A DNA stretch of 64,000 nucleotides, from positions 59,272,001-59,336,000 of the forward strand of contig OX638153.1 in assembly GCA_951804945.1 (NCBI GenBank). Direction: 5' to 3'. The stretch's first letter is position 1; each line of letters opens with the position of its first letter. This stretch comes from Podarcis cretensis. Lineage: Eukaryota. The notes under the pieces were generated by a model, which saw nothing but the letters and a program-made list of their open reading frames with translations, did no database searches and was not told the DNA's origin. The position numbers and the translations under genes are program-made. This document shows, piece by piece, positions 1 through 12,100 of the stretch.

Positions 1-293
1 TGCTGAAGAGGTGCTCTCATCTCCACCACATACCACCAAACCCTCACAGAACAAGGTATGAAACTCTCTCAAGCCCATCAGCCGGCCAACCCCCACTCCC
101 CTTCCCCCTATTTTCTCCTTTCAAGCCCCATCAGGTTCCTCTTTCCTAGGAAGACCTGCTCTCTTTATTCTCCTTGTCATGCCCCAAACTCTTCCTTTTG
201 CTTTCTTCTAATTCTTGCCCTAAACTCTTCCCCAAAATCCCTACCGAAATCTCTACCATTTCCCCCCATTTGAGAACCTGAGCAGCCACTCAC

Positions 294-391
294 GTGAAGC
301 TGGCTTCACTGCCTTCATGAGACAGGCAGGTCCCACCATTCTCACAGGGCCTGCTGGAGCAGCCATCCACAGAGAGCTCACAGTTTTGGCC
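294..391 (-). CDS. SLIT1: SLIT1 exon 28 (98 nt), end of EGF1/EGF2: [32 protein letters not shown]
   Basis: ttccag acceptor, gtgag donor; EGF cysteine spacing. Confidence 0.95.
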
Positions 392-3132
392 CTGGAATAA
401 GACAAGGAGAAGTAGCAGCCACAGTACAAAAAACAAATTATAAAGCTCTGGCCAGGACGTGAGGTTTCTCAGTCTCAGGTCCTTGCTCATCAGCCATAAA
501 AGAACAAAAAATAATAATAGGAGTTGCTGCCTATACATAATGCAGGCTGTCCTTTTTGGGATTGCTTGTTTTCGCCACCAGGATTTCCTTTATAGCTATT
601 AGTCAAGAGCTGCCTTCCCAACCAAGCGTCCTCTGTAAGTTTTGAAGTTCAGTTTCCATCATGATCAGGGACAATGGGTGCTCTAGTGCAAAACATCTGG
701 TGAACATTCAGATGAAACAGCCAGTTCCACATTCTCCACCCCCACCCCCAGAAATAGTGGCAGCTCTAGGTCCAATCAGTAGGGACTGAGAGTGTATCTC
801 ACCCATTCCTGATGGCAGTGATAAACTAGGCTGGTTGTCAAACTGGAGAATGGGTTCCTTCCACCATGTCTTGGTCCTTCTCTGAGTCTTTTTCTTTTGG
901 TCGACACAAGCTGTCAGAGGCTATGGTCCCCAAAGCAGGGAGAAAGCCCAATCCTTCCCTTTGTCAATGATCCCTTCACCCTCCCTAGTCACCCCTCTCC
1001 TCCTCCCCATCCCTCTTCTCACCTTGTAGCCACTGGGGCAGATACAGCGGTAGGAGTCCAAAGGGTCTTGTTGACATGTGCCCCTGTTTTGACAAGGACT
1101 GGAGAGGCAGGGGTTACACTTGGCTTGGATGATGAGGGGAGGAGGCCCTGCATAGATGAAAGAAACCAGACAACTAGGAATTGGGGTCAGAGCCAAAGAA
1201 TCATCGAACGGGAGGGAGGATTTCCACACATCCTCCTGTGAAGACTGTCCCCCTTCTTGGCCAGAATCTTTTGCAAGGCACTTGCCAGAAACATAGAGGA
1301 GATCGCAAACGGATTAATGGTGGAGCTGAATATATATTAACAGATGGAGGAGTTCTGAAATGAGAGCCTGCCCACCCCACTCCGTGGCACAAAGCCAGGT
1401 TGTGCTTGTTTTTCTTTTTTAAATAGTAGGCCCTGTAGTTCAGTGCTGGGACACATGCACTGCATGCAGAATTTCCTAGGTTCAATCCCTGGCTCCTCCA
1501 GTTTTTAAAAAGGGGGGCTGGGTGGCAACTGATGGGAAAGACCTTTGGACGATGAACAAACAGTCGAACGTGGTTAAGTGAAGTGGCTTGATCATTCCAG
1601 CCCTACATGGAACACCTGCCCCTTCCTTTGCCAAATAGAGAGGCCAGGAACAGGCTGGAAGATGCGAACAGTTGGAGTGCTCCTGGATTTGGCTTTAGTG
1701 ACTTAGCTGGATGAGACGGCTATGGAAGGAGGAGGCAACATAGCCTCCAGCCTGTGTCCTTCCTCCAGGTCTTCATTCAGAGTCTGACCACCAAGACACT
1801 CATCTTACCTTCTCAACACTATGGACCAAACATGATAGGAGTAGCACATGTGTGGGCCAATGTGGTGAGACACAGAAGTTGCACAAGCCTTGCCACAGTT
1901 CCAATCACTAGCAAAAAGCCCTTCCTTTCATCTCCCCCCTCCTTGCACATTAACAATCCTCATGCTCCCTCACTATGTGCCTCAGGCTCAACCAACAGGC
2001 CCAAGCCCTATAGTACTTGGAATTACCCAAACTGTTCGCCTGACCTGCCTTGGAGCTAAGGTGCCTCAACCTTGGTCCCAGTTTGGTTGGGAAAGGGAAG
2101 AGGGCCAAAGAGCAACTGGGCAGGGTAGGGTGGACCAGAAAGAGCCATTGTTTGGACAAAGCTGGTCTACAAAATGAATAAAGTATAGAGTATCCTATAA
2201 AGTATTCACTTACCTAGGCACTCAAACTTCTTGGCAGGAGTGGTGAGCAGCAGTTTGCCCTCCATATCTGCAGGGCCAGCACAGCGGGCAATGCCAGGCT
2301 CCTTGTAGCCAGTTTTGACCCAGCCTGAGAGCCAGCGCATGTGGCAGTCACAATGCAGTGGGTTGGCACCGATGGCTCTGTGAAGCAGGGAGAACCAGAA
2401 TCTCTACGTAACTCCTTAAGGTCTGGAGGGGGGGGCTGTCATTCATTGCATTTGATCTCTCTGGCTGCCTCTAGTGGCCCTGGAACTGATTAATAAGTAA
2501 GGTTTCTATTTTCAGACTCTGAAACTGCCCTCATAGAGCAACATAGCGGCAATCTGCGGTAGTCTCTCTCTTTCTTCATAATGTTCTTAAAGGTATGATT
2601 CACACATGCTGGCTTGCAACTTGCTATCTCAGTTCCTGATGACATCACTCAATAAGATGCAGCAAAATGTGCAAATTGCGGCCACCGAAATGCAGGGTGT
2701 TGGTACCACTCATCACTTCAGGGTGCGGGTGCTGAGTGATGAAGACACATAGAGGTAGTCCCTAGGGTTGCCGCCTTTCCTGGAGGTGCTGCTTATTAGC
2801 ATATCTAAAATCTTTTCAGATGTATGTAAATTGAGAAACAATTTACTCTGAAGGCTGAAATTGCTCTGCAGGCTGATGGTCCTGCTGGGGGGAAAAACCC
2901 CTAAACAAAAAACATACCCTAGTCTTCCCTCAAATGTACCTTTCCCCATCCTTCTCCTTAAGTCTGTTGCAGTGCTTTATAGTTCTGAGCATTGGGGTGC
3001 TGGTCTACGCTGGTTTCTCCTGCATTATTCTGAAGTGCAGTAGAAGACAAGAGGCACAGCACAACTTCCTCCCCAACTTCCTTCCCCCACCCCACCCACA
3101 GTCAAGTGGGCATTAAGAGCCAGTACAGCCTG

Positions 3133-3175
<43 letters not shown>

Positions 3176-6100
3176 CATGCTAACTCCTTTGCCTTACTTA
3201 AGAGGTGCAAACTACAGGACTGCAAGCTTGGTTGCTGCCTCCTGATAAAAGGTGCCAGGAGGAACTTCAGCAACATTGCAAGAAAGCAGAACCAGACCAG
3301 TTCCTGCTGCTGTTCAGCATACAGAGCACACTACGTCTGCCATCATGTCAGCCAAGGCAGCCATCACACCAAAATGAAAATAGGCTTTACCCCTGCCTAG
3401 CATCATTCTCTGACCTGGTGGATAAACAACGGGAAACAAAGGATGCTTTCTAGCTTTTGCCTTCCAAGTACTGTCCCACAGAGCATCAGGTAATAGTGCC
3501 AAGCTTGGATTCTCATGCAAGAGGAAAGAATGGGTGTTCAAACTGATGCAAATACTCACAGGTGAGATAGGGAGATGACATCAGCAAATATCCCCTCAGG
3601 AAGTGTAGCAATATCATTTCCATGGAGGGACCTGTGCACAAAACACAAGTAGCATTCTCAGTGTCCTGGACCGTGGGACCCACCTGTCTTACTTGTTTTG
3701 ATGGACCCTTTAAGAAGGTTAGGGGAGCATGATCTGCCTAAAACCAGGGAAGTCAGGAATTGGGGTTTTTAGACTCCTCCCCCCTATATCATCTGTATCA
3801 TATGTCAAGCACTGGATTACGAACCCGCAGACTTATGATAGACTGCCTGCTCTATGCCCAGATGATGTGTGGCTGAGCCCTAACTGTCCAAGGAAACAAG
3901 GAAAGCAAAATGAATGTCCATATGACACATAACACACACAAACTAAGCAAGTGGAGGGTCCCTCAGCCCATTGTTCTCCCTCCACTACCAATTGCCTGGC
4001 TGCTCACTTCTTAAAGTAACAGTTTAAGGAACAGTTTAGGCCAAAGTCAGACTCCAGTGAGGGGATTCTCCTTGAGCAGGGGCATAGGGGAATACATGAA
4101 TACAAGGTACCTACAGCAGCCGTAGTGAACGGAGACCCTCAAAGGCCAGGGGAGGGATACACTCCAGGGCATTGTAGCTGAGGATCCTGAGGGATGGGGA
4201 AGAGAAGGAAGAGTTTGAATCATCACACATTCCTAAAAAAAAAACCCAGCCCACATACTGTCTGATATCCCTCCCCCAGCCCCATATTAGTTAAAGGAAG
4301 GAAAGTTTCCTCCCTCCTGCTCCCTGTGTCCATCAAAAACGCTTCTCCTGCAGGTGGGGTGGGGGGTCTCCCTAAAATTGGACTCAGATCCTAAGGTAAG
4401 CTATGAAAATTCACAGAAGGAAACCCTCCTGGCCTTTCCGCCCCCAGCAAACCACTGTGCCCAAACCCCCATTGTTCAGGAGACACACCCACCAAGCCTA
4501 CCAACAGGCTTTTTGAAGAGCACAGTGGGGGGGGGGACAGGAAAATTTCCTTCTGTGAAGTTCCCTAAGTTAGCACACCTTAGGAGCCAAGCCATTGTTT
4601 CTTTCAAGATTCTCTAATGGGCAACTCACATAAACTGGGGCACAGTGTGTTCTTGGGGTATGGTTGGATTCCACTCAATGACGATGCTAACAACCCATGA
4701 AGTTCATACTCTCTCCAGATTCGTCAAATAGTTGGCACGAGTCTAAAATTGCAACTTTGATGGCAACACAGAAAATAATAGGGTCTGCTGGCCAATGAAG
4801 GATTTTTACTTTCTACATTACTTCTATTCAACTCAGTTCAACTATTCAGTTCAACTTTTTTTTTTTTAATGGCAAGGTGTCTTTCAGTTAAATAGCAGTG
4901 ACATTCTATTTACTGCTAAGATGATTTTAAATATATTATCAATCAACAATATGTGTCACCAGCCCCCTTTCAATTGGGATGACTGAAATCCCACTAAAAT
5001 CCTGTAATTTCAAGGCTCTGGCTGCCAGAAAACAATTTAATTGTATTTATTGACTGAGGTGTTCAGTCCTACATTTGTCTTTTAAATGAAAATAAGTTTC
5101 CAGCCCTTCTGGTTGACCCTTAAGCTTGGAACTCAGAAACTGAAACCACAGTCAATAGAACAGAAAGAAACCTCCTAACCTAACGTTTATGATGATGTAG
5201 CAGCTTTAGGATTTATAAGCTAATATCAGAATGGGAACAGACGAGTACATGTGTATGGGTCACATGGATTTAAGCAAATTCCAGATTATAAGTAGTTGTT
5301 GTCACAGAACACCTTGTAGACAAGAATGAACTGCAGGAGGCATTCATTCCTGTTTAGTTAGTTGGAACCAGCAACTGACACCCCATCAATTGATGTTCTC
5401 TTTGGCCAGGCAGTAGATCCCAGGGATCAATGGCATTTCTACCCTGCTTTGCACAGTATAAGCCAGTATACTGTAACATCAGTCATTTAAAAAGGCATTT
5501 CTCTCCCTGTAGAGGAGGCCTCTTTTTGCTGGAGGCAGTAGGACATCCTCCCTTTCTGATCTGCTGTTCAAATGCTGTATTGGGCACTCACAGAGTGGTG
5601 AGCTGGCTCATATTGGTGAAGGATGAGTTGCTGAGAGAGCTGATCTTGTTGTTGCTCAGATCCCTGTAAGACAAAAGCACTGTGCAAGCTCACATCACAT
5701 TTAACTCTCTCTTCCTATAGAACAGACCCTCCAAGTGTCCCTATTTTCCAGGGAAGTCCCTGATTTAGAGAAGCCGTCCTGGTTTCTGATTTGATCCCAG
5801 AATGTCCTGCTTTTCCTTAGGATATCCCTATTTTCATTGGAGAAATGTTGGAGGGTATATGGAGTTATCCAACCCACAAGCCACTGGAAGGCAATCCTGT
5901 ACAGGGAAGATTTATTTTTTTAATGTTTTATTATGGTTTTATGTATGTTGGAAGCTGCCCAGAGTGCTGGGGCAACCCAATAAGATGTGTGGGGTAAAAA
6001 TAGTAAAATAATCATTATGGAATGGGATGTCCCTATTTCCATTGGAGAAAATAGGGATGGAACAATTCTGTCCTTCCCATATTTTTGCATTTAAACTCTA

Positions 6101-9100
6101 CAGTCTTTTGCATATCTAAGGACACTCTCATGTGAACAGTGGCTCCACAGATTGAACATCCAGCAGATGCAGCGCTGGTGGCACCTTCAAATCTGCCTTC
6201 TCCTTTGGCAACAGCTCTGGGCTGATGACTGCATGTCGTCAGCTAATTCTTCTAATCTCTTCTCTGGTGCTGCTAGAAAGGAATCTTGATAAACTGTATC
6301 ATGTAGGAAGAAGGAAATCTAGCAGTGCACATGCTTTGAAGGCCAGGGAAAATCACAAGATGACCTGCAGAGCATGGAGTGAATCTTGGAGTCAGTGTGC
6401 TTAAGACTTAGACTCAGCTGCATTTCAACAGCCAGCAAATAAAATAAACTGCGAAGGGTCCTTTGGAATTCCTTAGGCAGGCAATAAACAAACATTTGAG
6501 ATGAAAAGTCAGTGAGGTGGGGTCAATGGGGCAGGGGAAAAGGCTATCATTCAGAAAATTCCAGGAACCACATATGAGAGAGATGCTAGAAGGGTAATCT
6601 ACCTCTTTGGGAACTGAAATCAGTTCCTAAAGGACTCACAGTGCCTTAGCAGAAAAGCAAAGCTATTCTAATGTCCAGGGAAACCAAAGTAAATAGAGAG
6701 ATGGATGAACTCCAAATCCAAAGTCAGATGGACTAGATGGCGTTTTTAGAATTATTTACTTCACCCAATATCCTGAGCTGAGTTAACTGCACCTTGCTCA
6801 AGATAATCCAGCTTTTTTAGTTGTACGGCATTTGCATTTTAGCGACCCCATAACCAAGGCGGCTAAAATCTAAAAACATTTAATGGTTAATTTTAATGCT
6901 TTATGCTTCTCACCTCCTCTTCAGCTGTACAAGCTAATATGTTAAGCATAATTTTATGTAATTCAGAATGGGTCCTATGCCTCCTCTCAAATTCTCCCTT
7001 AGACAAAAATTATTTCTTATCCTCCATGCTAGCTTCTTTGACCATCCTCTTGTTGTTTTTCAGAAGCTTCTCTGCTTCCATATAGCTCTATGGTATGCGT
7101 GTGTTTTAACGAAATGGCCTTGTTTTGCATTTTGATGGAAGAACCAGGTGGGAGATACAACATCTGGGTGCCACTCAGCCTTTCTGCACCTGCTTTATTC
7201 TCTTTGGTGCTCTCCTGGGAGCCTGAAAACAGAATGGCCACCTGATTCCACAAAGATCTCCTGTATCCCCAACCAGCCCCTCTGTACTGGTGAAAGGCTG
7301 ATACCATGTGAGCCAAATCAGTTGATCAGCGTCCACTGAGGGACGAGTTGCACCACTCCCCACCTAGGCCTGGTCTAAAAATTTCCACAGACATGCTGCA
7401 CAAATGTCTGAGAAAAGGCCACAGCCCACAGCCCATCTCCTGCCTCTCTGAAAAAAAGACTATGGCAAGCTCTCGGGGACCCACGCGAGGTCACTTCTTC
7501 TCAGATACTTACACCAGCTGTAGGTAACGGAAGGTGGAGAGCTGTCCAGGAACCAGGGTGAATTGGTTGCCATCCAAGTAGCTGCAAGGACAATGAAGGA
7601 TGCATCAGAGGTCACAGCAGCAATACAGGAGAGGACTGTTAAACTTCCAACAATGGTGTTCAAAGGACTCTAAACCTAGAAGCTATAACTAGTGATAAGC
7701 ACTGTCCCTGCTCCTCTGTTAATGGTGCCAGCTAAGGGAAAACCATCAGAGTTATCTTGTAAGTGCAAATGCCTGTGTTTCATGCCTGTATTTCTAACAG
7801 GGTGGCATACGTGCCCTCCTAAATCTGAAACTATGTTTGTCTCAGGCTGCCTTGCTTTCTTCCAGTTTTCCAGATGTTTGATTCTAGGGTATCAACATTG
7901 GATTCATTAACGCTGCAGAGTAATATAACAGTACTACAGGCCCCTTCCACCTGTCACAGAACTCATTCGCCGAAATAAAAAATCCCTTCAGAGTTCAGTG
8001 GCATCCAGTTTTGAACCCACAGAGAATGTGGCATGCACTGGATCAGTGTTTAGCTTTTGAGGATGATCTGCTGAACAGTGCAAGGTATAAAGCTGCATGC
8101 CCCTCACTAGGCTGGTCCCAGCCCCTTCATCCACAGGTGCGACTTGCCAGTGCCCACATTGCCCCTTCTTCCCGGATGCAGCGTCAGCAGAAGGGCCCAG
8201 GCAGCATTACTCACAGCTCTGTGACGTTCTTGGGGATCCCTTTGGGGAGGGATTTCAGGTGCTTGTTGCTGCAGCGAACAACAGTGTCTAGGCAAGTGCA
8301 CTCCTGGGGACACTGAGGGCGTGGGAAGCAGCTTGTCTCCTCCTGACCTGCCAAGGCACAAGCCAAAGGGTTCACAGTGGAAAGAGACGGCATGGTGATG
8401 GAATAGGAGATCTTGAAAGCAGACATTATCCTATGTTTCCCCAGGGAAATCTAGATTTCAGTCTGCCCTTATATCACCATTATAAAGTGTCCCACTTTAT
8501 CAAAGGGCCAAAGGCATCAGCAGCAATTAGAACTGAGAATATTAATCAACTGGTGTGATTAATTCATTGCAAATAAAACACCGCTCTTAATTGGAAAGAG
8601 TGTGAAAGGTCCCTTTGACATCTATGTCCTCCTATTGATTTACACAAGGGTTTCAATTCTCAGAAGCACATGGGAAAAGCTATGGAGCTGTTAATTCCCC
8701 CCCCCCCGCCCGAACAGCAGCCACCCCTCCACACCCTGCATAGATGCACCATATCAGAAGCTGCTGTTTGGACCAGAGCCAACGGCTTAAGATGATTTGC
8801 TAGACAGTTAATGATTTACCTATTTAGTAAAGTGACGCTGTGTTAAACATCTCCAAAAATATTTCCTGCATTAAGATACTGTACTTATTTATACTGAGTG
8901 GTTAAATAGCTGATTAAATTGCCTTGCTTTTAACCAATTAATTGACTTTGGGGGGGGGGGAACCTTGAGACCACTCCTAACCATGGCGGCACAGCCCCTT
9001 ACGTAAGTGGGGACCTGCTGCATGCCTGACAAGATTTGTCCTATGTTTCAGTTTATGTCTAGTTTGAAGGCACCAGGCAATACAAAAACTGCTAGGCATG

Positions 9101-12100
9101 TCCATGTAATTGCTGCTGAGCTTGACCAGTGCCCATGCTGGGACAACAAAAAGGGTCATCCCAACTGAGGAAACAGTATGAGATGAAGAAGACTGCAAGA
9201 CATACATGCATGCATACACACACACGCCCTAAATCTCCCACAACTTTTCAGAATGGGGCGACCACATCATTTCATTAGTGGCTGCAGTCTTCTTTGCCCT
9301 TTACAGCAGCCTTTGGGTTCCTCCCACTTCAGCTGATCTGTGTGAGGAAACTCATTTCCATGTGTGAACTGCTACTGCAAGATTTGAGGGCTGAGGCAGT
9401 TTACACACACAGTGCAGCCTGGGCGAATGGACATTCAGCGTTTTCAAAATCTGGCTTAATACATGGCACTCCCATTTTCCGTAATGACTTCCTGTGTGCC
9501 CTCTGTTGGTTTAAATTCATATTGCAACAACTCTGGACAGGGTTGGACTTTTATGACTTAATGGGAATATCAACCTCGTTCAACCACAACAGCCTTCCCA
9601 ACTATACTACACTGGTCTGCTAGCGGAAACTCAAATAGGGCCTTATGTGGGTCTGTGGGAAGATACACCTGCTATACAATCATAGCCTCAGTTTGCATAA
9701 TTGCTCCCTCCCCATCCTCCTCATCCCCACCGAGAGCCTGTGAGTTACCTTCCTCACACCTGAAGTCGGGGAAGGCCACATCCTGCAGTGGGATTTGGCG
9801 TAGGAAGTCCGGATTATTGCAGCGGGGGTTCCCAGTCACAATCTTCCTCCTACGAAGCCAGTCGCCTAACCAGGCCAGGCGGCAATTGCAGTTGAAGGGG
9901 TTAGCCAGCAGGTTCCTGGGTGGGAGGGGTACAGGAGGGAGATAAATAAACTGGGCAAACACAGGATAATCTAGCAAAGGCTTGTAGGTAGCAGCCCTCC
10001 AAGGTCTTAGGGACAGATTTTTCCAATACTGCTACATGGGAGTGCTTTTGAGAAGCCAAGGATTAAAGTAGGGACCTGCTGTATAGAAAGCGTGGGTTCT
10101 ACTCCTGAGCTATGGAGCCTCCCTGCAATCAAGGTGGGGTAGCAGACACCATGTAGACAGCTCTCACCAAGGGATAGAGGACTGAGCGTGTTCAGAGGTT
10201 AGTTAATAGGTTAGAATTTCCCCGCCTCGCAACTCACAGTGTGGAGAGCGACTGCAACGTGTCAAAAGCCCCAGGTGCGATGGTGCTGATCTGATTGTCG
10301 TACAGCGAGAGGAGGCGCACATTGCGCAGTCCCGTGAAGCTGTCGTTGTGGATGCAGTTGATGCGGTTGTTCCTCAGCATCCTGGAAGGAGGACAGAGAA
10401 TGGGAAGAAGCCCGTTCTACAAACTACCCCTGGAAAGCCAAAGGAGACTGACAGCATTCTCCACCCTGCTACTCCTCCTGCATACTGACAACCCACCGCT
10501 GCTGCTCTCTCCTATCTTCCCTACCCCAGTTAGGCCAACAACCCTAGTTAGGCCAACTTACAGGGTCCGCAGCCCATCGAGGCCCCGGAACATGGCGCTG
10601 CGCACTGACTCCAGCTGGTTAACCGTCAGGTGTAACTCACTGACTGAAGCTGCCCCTTCAAAGGCCCCATCCTCAATCTCTGACACCTTGTTGTTGCTCA
10701 GGTTTCTGGGGAAGCAAGGAACATGAAGTGATAGTGGAACACAGGAGCAGGCAGAAAGTTTTCTCAACTCAGTGCGCAGCCTACAAGGAGCATTTCTCTC
10801 CAACAGAGACAAATGAAGAATATTTGTAGTAGTTCCAACAGCGCTGGTTTTATTTTGCTGTCTTTAATTCTTCTGCAACCTGCGCCTGCTGAACCCACTT
10901 TGAATGTATGCCATATGTTTACTCTTAAGCCTTTGACTTCCTCTAAAAAAATTGTTTCTGCTTCTGAAGGCCCATCGAGTAGCCCCTGGCAGTCTTGATC
11001 AGAATCTTCTCCCTCCCGTGCCTGCTCTTTGCACTGAAAGGAAAGCTCCCACTGATGTCAATGGAAGCTTTATTCTCCTTGTAAACAGCAGTTGAGGTGG
11101 GGCGGGAGGGGGGGCAATTCCAGCACTGGGTCAAAGCTCCCCTCACTCCACACCATTGTCCTGATCTGGTTGGCCCCCCTATGCCAGCTGTTCAACTTTT
11201 AAAAATCAACTATGCAATACCAAGCAATGTGACAAAGGTCATCTCTAGTTTGGCCTTTCCATTCTAGGCATACATGTCACCCTCTTGCATTAGAAATATC
11301 TGGCTCCTGTTGGAATACTCCTGCACTCTAAGCCCTGTTCATATTGCCGCCTCCTTTCCCCCAGATCTTGTGTGCACAAGAGGTCTTTGGAGTATCTCCT
11401 CTGCTATGAGAACCCCTTACCCACATACTCACATTTTCTTTAAGTGTGGGAGCTTCTTAAAGATGCCTGTGGCCTCCAGCACTGTGATTTCATTGTTGTT
11501 CAGCCGCCTGCAACAGAAATAAAGGATTGTAAGCATACAGCTCGAAAAGCAAAGCAGTGAATAAAATAAAATATATGTGTATTCTAGGCCCATCTCTGAA
11601 AACTAACTTTGCATTGCTTAACACATTCTTTCCACTCTGTACTGAGTTAATCCCTGTGTATAAAAATGTGCATATGTATCAGAATATAAAGCGTAATGCA
11701 AATGGATTGTTCTGCCAGGAGTAAGTATATGGCTTTGAAAGCCAATACACACCAGCTTTCGAAATCAAGCATCTGCAGCAGAAAGCCACTTGTCCACATG
11801 AACAATGTGCCCTTTTCCTACACACAGATAATTTCAAAGTATATTCTATATAGAATAGAAATAGAAGGTGAAATGGCCCAATGAAAGACTCAGTACTGGA
11901 TAGGGCCAAGGGTCAGATGGGTGGGGAATAATAATAATAATAGTAGTAGTAGTAGTAGTAGTAGTAGAAGAAGAAGAATTGGACATACTGCAGTGATTCA
12001 AAGTATGAATTAAGTATGAGGAGAAAAAAACCCTTAGACAACAAGGAGTTTCCCCCTCACTTCTATTTTCACCTTAAGAAAAAGAACTGCGAGAATTGTT

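Noticed and set aside
10295-10726. Plus-strand ORFs antisense to SLIT1 exons (also 9655-9945, 14635-14961, 15355-15831)
   Set aside because: Shadow ORFs caused by codon bias of the real minus-strand exons
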